Source of the DNA: Auanema rhodensis
Taxonomy: Eukaryota; Animalia; Nematoda
Direction: 5' to 3'
DNA length: 64,000 nucleotides
NCBI GenBank assembly: GCA_964057225.1
Contig: CAXKVF010000077.1
Span: 806,001 to 870,000, forward strand
The notes under the pieces were generated by a model. It saw only the letters and a list, made by a program, of their open reading frames with translations. It made no database searches and was not told where the DNA came from. Numbering within the stretch: position 1 is the first letter of the stretch; each line of letters begins with the position of its first letter. Of this stretch, positions 1-12,600 are shown piece after piece. The translations under genes and the position numbers were made by a program.

Positions 1-238
1 AGTTACATACCAAGTGCACATCACGTGTACATTTAATTAGCATAAATTAAAGTTCACGTAAAATTCAAAGTCATGGTTACCATGCACCAATATCAATAAA
101 AATTTGTTTTTAGACTAATATGGACATGGGGAATCTAATTTTGAAAACCGCATCTCTTTATCTTTCACGTGAAGCGAGTTACATACCAAGTGCACATCAC
201 GTGTACATTTAATTAGCATAAATTAAAGTTCACGTAAA

Positions 239-322
239 TTTCAAAGTCATGGTTACCATGAACCAATATCAATAAAAATTTGTTTTTAGACTAATATGGA
301 CATGGGGAATCTAATTTTGAAA
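239..322. other. 84-bp degenerate inverted repeat (m63-146) present in every monomer
   Basis: Three exact arm pairs share one axis at m104/105: TTTCAAA/TTTGAAA (m63-69 and m140-146), CCATG/CATGG (m80-84 and m125-129), TAAAAA/TTTTTA (m97-102 and m107-112). 24 of 40 arm positions pair without gaps. Confidence 0.75.
247..261. other. 15-bp palindrome TCATGGT-T-ACCATGA (m71-85), once per monomer
   Basis: Perfect 7-bp arms with a 1-nt spacer; contains GGTNACC. Confidence 0.9.
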
Positions 323-339
323 ACCGCATCTCTTTATCT

Positions 340-349
340 TTCACGTGAA
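340..349. other. Perfect 10-bp palindrome TTCACGTGAA (m164-173; CACGTG E-box/G-box core), once per monomer
   Basis: Read directly. A second CACGTG lies at m22-27 and a near copy TTCACGTAAA at m53-62. Protein binding is not demonstrated. Confidence 0.85.
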
Positions 350-3300
350 GCGAGTTACATACCAAGTGCACATCACGTGTACATTTAATTAGCATAAATT
401 AAAGTTCACGTAAATTTCAAAGTCATGGTTACCATGAAGCAATATCAATAAAAATTTGTTTTTAGACTAATATGGACATGGGGAATCTAATTTTGAAAAC
501 CGCATCTCTTTATCTTTCACGTGAAGCGAGTTACATACCAAGTGCACATCACGTGTACATTTAATTAGCATAAATTAAAGTTCACGTAAATTTCAAAGTC
601 ATGGTTACCATGAAGCAATATCAATAAAAATTTGTTTTTAGACTAATATGGACATGGGGAATCTAATTTTGAAAACCGCATCTCTTTATCTTTCACGTGA
701 AGCGAGTTACATACCAAGTGCACATCACGTGTACATTTAATTAGCATAAATTAAAGTTCACGTAAATTTCAAAGTCATGGTTACCATGAACCAATATCAA
801 TAAAAATTTGTTTTTAGACTAATATGGACATGGGGAATCTAATTTTGAAAACCGCATCTCTTTATCTTTCACGTGAAGCGAGTTACATACCAAGTGCACA
901 TCACGTGTACATTTAATTAGCATAAATTAAAGTTCACGTAAATTTCAAAGTCATGGTTACCATGAACCAATATCAATAAAAATTTGTTTTTAGACTAATA
1001 TGGACATGGGGAATCTAATTTTGAAAACCGCATCTCTTTATCTTTCACGTGAAGCGAGTTACATACCAAGTGCACATCACGTGTACATTTAATTAGCATA
1101 AATTAAAGTTCACGTAAATTTCAAAGTCATGGTTACCATGAACCAATATCAATAAAAATTTGTTTTTAGACTAATATGGACATGGGGAATCTAATTTTGA
1201 AAACCGCATCTCTTTATCTTTCACGTGAAGCGAGTTACATACCAAGTGCACATCACGTGTACATTTAATTAGCATAAATTAAAGTTCACGTAAATTTCAA
1301 AGTCATGGTTACCATGCACCAATATCAATAAAAAATTGTTTTTAGACTAATATGGACATGGGGAATCTAATTTTGAAAACCGCATCTCTTTATCTTTCAC
1401 GTGAAGCGAGTTACATACCAAGTGCACATCACGTGTACATTTAATTAGCATAAATTAAAGTTCACGTAAATTTCAAAGTCATGGTTACCATGAACCAATA
1501 TCAATAAAAATTTGTTTTTAGATTAATATGGACATGGGGAATCTAATTTTGAAAACCGCATCTCTTTATCTTTCACGTGAAGCGAGTTACATACCAAGTG
1601 CACATCACGTGTACATTTAATTAGCATAAATTAAAGTTCACGTAAATTTCAAAGTCATGGTTACCATGAACCAATATCAATAAAAATTTGTTTTTAGACT
1701 AATATGGACATGGGGAATCTAATTTTGAAAACCGCATCTCTTTATCTTTCACGTGAAGCGAGTTACATACCAAGTGCACATCACGTGTACATTTAATTAG
1801 CATAAATTAAAGTTCACGTAAATTTCAAAGTCATGGTTACCATGCACCAATATCAATAAAAAATTGTTTTTAGACTAATATGGACATGGGGAATCTAATT
1901 TTGAAAACCGCATCTCTTTATCTTTCACGTGAAGCGAGTTACATACCAAGTGCACATCACGTGTACATTTAATTAGCATAAATTAAAGTTCACGTAAATT
2001 TCAAAGTCATGGTTACCATGAACCAATATCAATAAAAATTTGTTTTTAGACTAATATGGACATGGGGAATCTAATTTTGAAAACCGCATCTCTTTATCTT
2101 TCACGTGAAGCGAGTTACATACCGAGTGCACATCACGTGTACATTTAATTAGCATAAATTAAAGTTCACGTAAATTTCAAAGTCATGTTTACCATGAACC
2201 AATATCAATAAAAATTTGTTTTTAGACTAATATGGACATGGGGAATCTAATTTTGAAAACCGCATCTCTTTATCTTTCACGTGAAGCGAGTTACATACCA
2301 AGTGCACATCACGTGTACATTTAATTAGCATAAATTAAAGTTCACGTAAATTTCAAAGTCATGGTTACCATGAACCAATATCAATAAAAATTTGTTTTTA
2401 GACTAATATGGACATGGGGAATCTAATTTTGAAAACCGCATCTCTTTATCTTTCACGTGAAGCGAGTTACATACCAAGTGCACATCACGTGTACATTTAA
2501 TTAGCATAAATTAAAGTTCACGTAAATTTCAAAGTCATGGTTACCATGCACCAATATCAATAAAAAATTGTTTTTAGACTAATATGGACATGGGGAATCT
2601 AATTTTGAAAACCGCATCTCTTTATCTTTCACGTGAAGCGAGTTACATACCAAGTGCACATCACGTGTACATTTAATTAGCATAAATTAAAGTTCACGTA
2701 AATTTCAAAGTCATGGTTACCATGCACCAATATCAATAAAAATTTGTTTTTAGACTAATATGGACATGGGGAATCTAATTTTGAAAACCGCATCTCTTTA
2801 TCTTTCACGTGAAGCGAGTTACATACCAAGTGCACATCACGTGTACATTTAATTAGCATAAATTAAAGTTCACGTAAATTTCAAAGTCATGGTTACCATG
2901 AAGCAATATCATTAAAAGTTGTTTTTAGACTAATATGGACATGGGGAATCTAATTTTGAAAACCGCATCTCTTTATCTTTCACGTGAAGCGAATTACATA
3001 CCAAGTGCACATCACGTGTACATTTAATTAGCATAAATTAAAGTTCACGTAAATTTCAAAGTCATGGTTACCATGAAGCAATATCAATAAAAATTTGTTT
3101 TTAGACTAATATGGACATGGGGAATCTAATTTTGAAAACCGCATCTCTTTATCTTTCACGTGAAGCGAGTTACATACCAAGTGCACATCACGTGTACATT
3201 TAATTAGCATAAATTAAAGTTCACGTAAATTTCAAAGTCATGGTTACCATGAACCAATATCAATAAAAATTTGTTTTTAGACTAATATGGACATGGGGAA

Positions 3301-4223
3301 TCTAATTTTGAAAACCGCATCTCTTTATCTTTCACGTGAAGCGAATTACATACCAAGTGCACATCACGTGTACATTTAATTAGCATAAATTAAAGTTCAC
3401 GTAAATTTCAAAGTCATGGTTACCATGCACCAATATCAATAAAAATTTGTTTTTAGACTAATATGGACATGGGGAATCTAATTTTGAAAACCGCATCTCT
3501 TTATCTTTCACGTGAAGCGAGTTACATACCAAGTGCACATCACGTGTACATTTAATTAGCATAAATTAAAGTTCACGTAAATTTCAAAGTCATGGTTACC
3601 ATGAACCAATATCAATAAAAATTTGTTTTTAGACTAATATGGACATGGGGAATCTAATTTTGAAAACCGCATCTCTTTATCTTTCACGTGAAGCGAGTTA
3701 CATACCAAGTGCACATCACGTGTACATTTAATTAGCATAAATTAAAGTTCACGTAAATTTCAAAGTCATGGTTACCATGCACCAATATCAATAAAAATTT
3801 GTTTTTAGACTAATATGGACATGGGGAATCTAATTTTGAAAACCGCATCTCTTTATCTTTCACGTGAAGCGAGTTACATACCAAGTGCACATCACGTGTA
3901 CATTTAATTAGCATAAATTAAAGTTCACGTAAATTTCAAAGTCATGGTTACCATGCACCAATATCAATAAAAATTTGTTTTTAGACTAATATGGACATGG
4001 GGAATCTAATTTTGAAAACCGCATCTCTTTATCTTTCACGTGAAGCGAGTTACATACCAAGTGCACATCACGTGTACATTTAATTAGCATAAATTAAAGT
4101 TCACGTAAATTTCAAAGTCCTGGTTACCATGAACCAATATCAATAAAAATTTGTTTTTAGACTAATATGGACATGGGGAATCTAATTTTGAAAACCACAT
4201 CTCTTTATCTTTCACGTGAAGCG

Positions 4224-7039
4224 AGTTACATACCAAGTGCACATCACGTGTACATTTAATTAGCATAAATTAAAGTTCACGTAAATTTCAAAGTCATGGT
4301 TACCATGAACCAATATCAATAAAAATTTGTTTTTAGACTAATATGGACATGGGGAATCTAATTTTGAAAACCGCATCTCTTTATCTTTCACGTGAAGCGA
4401 GTTACATACCAAGTGCACATCACGTGTACATTTAATTAGCATAAATTAAAGTTCACGTAAATTTCAAAGTCATGGTTACCATGCACCAATATCAATAAAA
4501 ATTTGTTTTTAGACTAATATGGACATGGGGAATCTAATTTTGAAAACCGCATCTCTTTATCTTTCACGTGAAGCGAGTTACATACCAAGTGCACATCACG
4601 TGTACATTTAATTAGCATAAATTAAAGTTCACGTAAATTTCAAAGTCATGGTTACCATGCACCAATATCAATAAAAATTTGTTTTTAGACTAATATGGAC
4701 ATGGGAAATCTAATTTTGAAAACCGCATCTCTTTATCTTTCACGTGAAGCGAGTTACATACCAAGTGCACATCACGTGTACATTTAATTAGCATAAATTA
4801 AAGTTCACGTAAATTTCAAAGTCATGGTTACCATGAAGCAATATCAATAAAAATTTGTTTTTAGACTAATATGGACATGGGGAATCTAATTTTGAAAACC
4901 GCATCTCTTTATCTTTCACGTGAAGCGAGTTACATACCAAGTGCACATCACGTGTACATTTAATTAGCATAAATTAAAGTTCACGTAAATTTCAAAGTCA
5001 TGGTTACCATGAACCAATATCAATAAAAATTTGTTTTTAGACTAATATGGACATGGGGAATCTAATTTTGAAAACCGCATCTCTTTATCTTTCACGTGAA
5101 GCGAGTTACATACCAAGTGCACATCACGTGTACATTTAATTAGCATAAATTAAAGTTCACGTAAATTTCAAAGTCATGGTTACCATGAACGAATATCAAT
5201 AAAAATTTGTTTTTAGACTAATATGGACATGGGGAATCTAATTTTGAAAACCGCATCTCTTTATCTTTCACGTGAAGCGAGTTACATACCAAGTGCATAT
5301 CACGTGTACATTTAATTAACATAAATTAAAGTTCACGTAAATTTCAAAGTCATGGTTACCATGAAGCAATATCAATAAAAATTTGTTTTTAGACTAATAT
5401 GGACATGGGGAATCTAATTATAAAAACCGCATCTCTTTATCTTTCACGTGAAGCGAGTTACATACCAAGTGCACATCACGTGTACATTTAATAAGAATAA
5501 ATTAAAGTTCACGTAAATTTCAAAGTCATGGTTACCATGAACCAATATCAATAAAAATTTGTTTTTAGACTAATATGGACATGGGAAATCTAATTTCGAG
5601 AACCGCATCTCTTTATCTTTCACGTGAAGCGAGTTACATACCAAGTGCACATCACGTGTACATTTAATTAGCATAAATTAAAGTTCACGTAAATTTCAAA
5701 GTCATGGTTACCATGAACCAATATCAATAAAAATTTGTTTTTAGACTAATATGGACATGGGGAATCTAATTTTGAAAACCGCATCTCTTTATCTTTCACG
5801 TGAAGCGAGTTACATACCAAGTGCACATCACGTGTACATTTAATTAGCATAAATTAAAGTTCACGTAAATTTCAAAGTCATGGTTACCATGCACCAATAT
5901 CAATAAAAATTTGTTTTTAGACTAATATGGACATGGGGAATCTAATTTTGAAAACCGCATCTCTTTATCTTTCACGTGAAGCGAGTTACATACCAAGTGC
6001 ACATCACGTGTACATTTAATTAGCATAAATTAAAGTTCACGTAAATTTCAAAGTCATGGTTACCATGCACCAATATCAATAAAAATTTGTTTTTAGACTA
6101 ATATGGACATGGGAAATCTAATTTTGAAAACCGCATCTCTTTATCTTTCACGTGAAGCGAGTTACATACCAAGTGCACATCACGTGTACATTTAATTAGC
6201 ATAAATTAAAGTTCACGTAAATTTCAAAGTCATGGTTACCATGAAGCAATATCAATAAAAATTTGTTTTTAGACTAATATGGACATGGGGAATCTAATTT
6301 TGAAAACCGCATCTCTTTATCTTTCACGTGAAGCGAGTTACATACCAAGTGCACATCACGTGTACATTTAATTAGCATAAATTAAAGTTCACGTAAATTT
6401 CAAAGTCATGGTTACCATGAACCAATATCAATAAAAATTTGTTTTTAGACTAATATGGACATGGGGAATCTAATTTTGAAAACCGCATCTCTTTATCTTT
6501 CACGTGAAGCGAGTTACATACCAAGTGCACATCACGTGTACATTTAATTAGCATAAATTAAAGTTCACGTAAATTTCAAAGTCATGGTTACCATGAACGA
6601 ATATCAATAAAAATTTGTTTTTAGACTAATATGGACATGGGGAATCTAATTTTGAAAACCGCATCTCTTTATCTTTCACGTGAAGCGAGTTACATACCAA
6701 GTGCATATCACGTGTACATTTAATTAACATAAATTAAAGTTCACGTAAATTTCAAAGTCATGGTTACCATGAAGCAATATCAATAAAAATTTGTTTTTAG
6801 ACTAATATGGACATGGGGAATCTAATTTTGAAAACCGCATCTCTTTATCTTTCACGTGAAGCGAGTTACATACCAAGTGCACATCACGTGTACATTTAAT
6901 AAGAATAAATTAAAGTTCACGTAAATTTCAAAGTCATGGTTACCATGAACCAATATCAATAAAAATTTGTTTTTAGACTAATATGGACATGGGGAATCTA
7001 ATTTTGAAAACCGCATCTCTTTATCTTTCACGTGAAGCG
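4224..7039. repeat. 8-monomer (1408 bp) tandem duplication: 4224-5631 and 5632-7039
   Basis: Same order of m85-88 types and shared rare variants m131A, m88G, m19T+m40A and m38A+m41A at 1408-bp offset. Confidence 0.85.
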
Positions 7040-9679
7040 AGTTACATACCAAGTGCACATCACGTGTACATTTAATTAGCATAAATTAAAGTTCACGTAA
7101 ATTTCAAAGTCATGGTTACCATGAACCAATATCAATAAAAATTTGTTTTTAGACTAATATGGACATGGGGAATCTAATTTTGAAAACCGCATCTCTTTAT
7201 CTTTCACGTGAAGCGAGTTACATACCAAGTGCACATCACGTGTACATTTAATTAGCATAAATTAAAGTTCACGTAAAATTCAAAGTCATGGTTACCATGC
7301 ACCAATATCAATAAAAATTTGTTTTTAGACTAATATGGACATGGGGAATCTAATTTTGAAAATCGCATCTCTTTATCTTTCACGTGAAGCGAGTTACATA
7401 CCAAGTGCACATCACGTGTACATTTAATTAGCATAAATTAAAGTTCACGTAAATTTCAAAGTCATGGTTACCATGAACCAATATCAATAAAAATTTGTTT
7501 TTAGACTAATATGGACATGGGGAATCTAATTTTGAAAACCGCATCTCTTTATCTTTCACGTGAAGCGAGTTACATACCAAGTGCACATCACGTGTACATT
7601 TAATTAGCATAAATTAAAGTTCACGTAAATTTCAAAGTCATGGTTACCATGCACCAATATCAATAAAAATTTGTTTTTAGACTAATATGGACATGGGGAA
7701 TCTAATTTTGAAAACCGCATCTCTTTATCTTTCACGTGAAGCGAGTTACATACCAAGTGCACATCACGTGTACATTTAATTAGCATAAATTAAAGTTCAC
7801 GTAAATTTCAAAGTCATGGTTACCATGAACCAATATCAATAAAAATTTGTTTTTAGATTAATATGGACATGGGGAATCTAATTTTGAAAACCGCATCTCT
7901 TTATCTTTCACGTGAAGCGAGTTACATACCAAGTGCACATCACGTGTACATTTAATTAGCATAAATTAAAGTTCACGTAAATTTCAAAGTCATGGTTACC
8001 ATTAACCAATATCAATAAAAATTTGTTTTTAGACTAATATGGACATGGGGAATCTAATTTTGAAAACCGCATCTCTTTATCTTTCACGTGAAGCGAGTTA
8101 CATACCAAGTGCACATTACGTGTACATTTAATTAGCATAAATTAAAGTTCACGTAAATTTCAAAGTCATGGTTACCATGCACCAATATCAATAAAAAATT
8201 GTTTTTAGACTAATATGGACATGGGGAATCTAATTTTGAAAACCGCATCTCTTTATCTTTCACGTGAAGCGAGTTACATACCAAGTGCACATCACGTGTA
8301 CATTTAATTAGCATAAATTAAAGTTCACGTAAATTTCAAAGTCATGGTTACCATGAACCAATATCAATAAAAATTTGTTTTTAAACTAATATGGACATGG
8401 GGAATCTAATTTTGAAAACCGCATCTCTTTATCTTTCACGTGAAGCGAGTTACATACCGAGTGCACATCACGTGTACATTTAATTAGCATAAATTAAAGT
8501 TCACGTAAATTTCAAAGTCATGTTTACCATGAACCAATATCAATAAAAATTTGTTTTTAGACTAATATGGACATGGGGAATCTAATTTTGAAAACCGCAT
8601 CTCTTTATCTTTCACGTGAAGCGAGTTACATACCAAGTGCATATCACGTGTACATTTAATTAACATAAATTAAAGTTCACGTAAATTTCAAAGTCATGGT
8701 TACCATGAAGCAATATCAATAAAAATTTGTTTTTAGACTAATATGGACATGGGGAATCTAATTTTGAAAACCGCATCTCTTTATCTTTCACGTGAAGCGA
8801 GTTACATACCAAGTGCACATCACGTGTACATTTAATAAGAATAAATTAAAGTTCACGTAAATTTCAAAGTCATGGTTACCATGAACCAATATCAATAAAA
8901 ATTTGTTTTTAGACTAATATGGACATGGGGAATCTAATTTTGAAAACCGCATCTCTTTATCTTTCACGTGAAGCGAGTTACATACCAAGTGCACATCACG
9001 TGTACATTTAATTAGCATAAATTAAAGTTCACGTAAATTTCAAAGTCATGGTTACCATGAACCAATATCAATAAAAATTTGTTTTTAGACTAATATGGAC
9101 ATGGGGAATCTAATTTTGAAAACCGCATCTCTTTATCTTTCACGTGAAGCGAGTTACATACCAAGTGCACATCACGTGTACATTTAATTAGCATAAATTA
9201 AAGTTCACGTAAAATTCAAAGTCATGGTTACCATGCACCAATATCAATAAAAATTTGTTTTTAGACTAATATGGACATGGGGAATCTAATTTTGAAAATC
9301 GCATCTCTTTATCTTTCACGTGAAGCGAGTTACATACCAAGTGCACATCACGTGTACATTTAATTAGCATAAATTAAAGTTCACGTAAATTTCAAAGTCA
9401 TGGTTACCATGAACCAATATCAATAAAAATTTGTTTTTAGACTAATATGGACATGGGGAATCTAATTTTGAAAACCGCATCTCTTTATCTTTCACGTGAA
9501 GCGAGTTACATACCAAGTGCACATCACGTGTACATTTAATTAGCATAAATTAAAGTTCACGTAAATTTCAAAGTCATGGTTACCATGCACCAATATCAAT
9601 AAAAATTTGTTTTTAGACTAATATGGACATGGGGAATCTAATTTTGAAAACCGCATCTCTTTATCTTTCACGTGAAGCG
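6688..9679. repeat. 6-monomer block 6688-7743 repeated at 8624-9679 (offset 11 monomers)
   Basis: Shared m19T+m40A, m38A+m41A and m63A+m148T in the same order. Confidence 0.8.
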
Positions 9680-12600
9680 AGTTACATACCAAGTGCACAT
9701 CACGTGTACATTTAATTAGCATAAATTAAAGTTCACGTAAATTTCAAAGTCATGGTTACCATGAACCAATATCAATAAAAATTTGTTTTTAGACTAATAT
9801 GGACATGGGGAATCTAATTTTGAAAACCGCATCTCTTTATCTTTCACGTGAAGCGAGTTACATACCAAGTGCACATCACGTGTACATTTAATTAGCATAA
9901 ATTAAAGTTCACGTAAATTTCAAAGTCATGGTTACCATGAAGCAATATCAATAAAAATTTGTTTTTAGACTAATATGGACATGGGGAATCTAATTTTGAA
10001 AACCGCATCTCTTTATCTTTCACGTGAAGCGAGTTACATACCAAGTGCACATCACGTGTACATTTAATTAGCATAAATTAAAGTTCACGTAAATTTCAAA
10101 GTCATGGTTACCATGAAGCAATATCAATAAAAATTTGTTTTTAGACTAATATGGACATGGGGAATCTAATTTTGAAAACCGCATCTCTTTATCTTTCACG
10201 TGAAGCGAGTTACATACCAAGTGCACATCACGTGTACATTTAATTAGCATAAATTAAAGTTCACGTAAATTTCAAAGTCATGGTTACCATGAACCAATAT
10301 CAATAAAAATTTGTTTTTAGACTAATATGGACATGGGGAATCTAATTTTGAAAACCGCATCTCTTTATCTTTCACGTGAAGCGAGTTACATACCAAGTGC
10401 ACATCACGTGTACATTTAATTAGCATAAATTAAAGTTCACGTAAATTTCAAAGTCATGGTTACCATGAACCAATATCAATAAAAATTTGTTTTTAGACTA
10501 ATATGGACATGGGGAATCTAATTTTGAAAACCGCATCTCTTTATCTTTCACGTGAAGCGAGTTACATACCAAGTGCACATCACGTGTACATTTAATTAGC
10601 ATAAATTAAAGTTCACGTAAATTTCAAAGTCATGGTTACCATGAACCAATATCAATAAAAATTTGTTTTTAGACTAATATGGACATGGGGAATCTAATTT
10701 TGAAAACCGCATCTCTTTATCTTTCACGTGAAGCGAGTTACATACCAAGTGCACATCACGTGTACATTTAATTAGCATAAATTAAAGTTCACGTAAATTT
10801 CAAAGTCATGGTTACCATGAACCAATATCAATAAAAATTTGTTTTTAGATTAATATGGACATGGGGAATCTAATTTTGAAAACCGCATCTCTTTATCTTT
10901 CACGTGAAGCGAGTTACATACCAAGTGCACATCACGTGTACATTTAATTAGCATAAATTAAAGTTCACGTAAATTTCAAAGTCATGGTTACCATTAACCA
11001 ATATCAATAAAAATTTGTTTTTAGACTAATATGGACATGGGGAATCTAATTTTGAAAACCGCATCTCTTTATCTTTCACGTGAAGCGAGTTACATACCAA
11101 GTGCACATCACGTGTACATTTAATTAGCATAAATTAAAGTTCACGTAAATTTCAAAGTCATGGTTACCATGAACCAATATCAATAAAAATTTGTTTTTAG
11201 ACTAATATGGACATGGGGAATCTAATTTTGAAAACCGCATCTCTTTATCTTTCACGTGAAGCGAGTTACATACCAAGTGCACATCACGTGTACATTTAAT
11301 TAGCATAAATTAAAGTTCACGTAAATTTCAAAGTCATGGTTACCATGCACCAATATCAATAAAAATTTCTTTTAGACTAATATGGACATGGGGAATCTAA
11401 TTTTGAAAACCGCATCTCTTTATCTTTCACGTGAAGCGAGTTACATACCAAGTGCACATCACGTGTACATTTAATTAGCATAAATTAAAGTTCACGTAAA
11501 TTTCAAAGTCATGGTTACCATGCACCAATATCAATAAAAATTTGTTTTTAGACTAATATGGACATGGGGAATCTAATTTTGAAAACCGCATCTCTTTATC
11601 TTTCACGTGAAGCGAGTTACATACCAAGTGCACATCACGTGTACATTTAATTAGCATAAATTAAAGTTCACGTAAATTTCAAAGTCATGGTTACCATGAA
11701 CCAATATCAATAAAAATTTGTTTTTAGACTAATATGGACATGGGGAATCTAATTTTGAAAACCGCATCTCTTTATCTTTCACGTGAAGCGAGTTACATAC
11801 CAAGTGCACATCACGTGTACATTTAATTAGCATAAATTAAAGTTCACGTAAATTTCAAAGTCATGGTTACCATGAACCAATATCAATAAAAATTTGTTTT
11901 TAGACTAATATGGACATGGGGAATCTAATTTTGAAAACCGCATCTCTTTATCTTTCACGTGAAGCGAGTTACATACCAAGTGCACATCACGTGTACATTT
12001 AATTAGCATAAATTAAAGTTCACGTAAATTTCAAAGTCATGGTTACCATGCACCAATATCAATAAAAAATTGTTTTTAGACTAATATGGACATGGGGAAT
12101 CTAATTTTGCAAACCGCATCTCTTTATCTTTCACGTGAAGCGAGTTACATACCAAGTGCACATCACGTGTACATTTAATTAGCATAAATTAAAGTTCACG
12201 TAAATTTCAAAGTCATGGTTACCATGAACCAATATCAATAAAAATTTGTTTTTAGACTAATATGGACATGGGGAATCTAATTTTGAAAACCGCATCTTTT
12301 TATCTTTCACGTGAAGCGAGTTACATACCGAGTGCACATCACGTGTACATTTAATTAGCATAAATTAAAGTTCACGTAAATTTCAAAGTCATGTTTACCA
12401 TGAACCAATATCAATAAAAATTTGTTTTTAGACTAATATGGACATGGGGAATCTAATTTTGAAAACCGCATCTCTTTATCTTTCACGTGAAGCGAGTTAC
12501 ATACCAAGTGCACATCACGTGTACATTTAATTAGCATAAATTAAAGTTCACGTAAATTTCAAAGTCATGGTTACCATGAACCAATATCAATAAAAATTTG

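Larger units (their letters stand above)
177..352. repeat. Representative consensus monomer (176 bp, 56 G+C, 5 CpG)
   Basis: Matches the majority base at every position by my reading; carries the commonest m81-88 variant CATGAACC. Confidence 0.95.

Noticed and set aside
177-352. Identity with known 171-178-bp satellites (alpha satellite, Arabidopsis CEN178, Brassica CentBr, honeybee AluI)
   Set aside because: Only the length is similar. I recognise no sequence similarity, there is no CENP-B box (TTCGNNNNANNCGGG), and the consensus lacks AAGCTT and AGCT sites. A database search is needed for assignment.
177-352. 5S rRNA, tRNA, snRNA or spliced-leader tandem gene unit
   Set aside because: No recognisable conserved RNA sequence, cloverleaf or Pol III internal promoter boxes.
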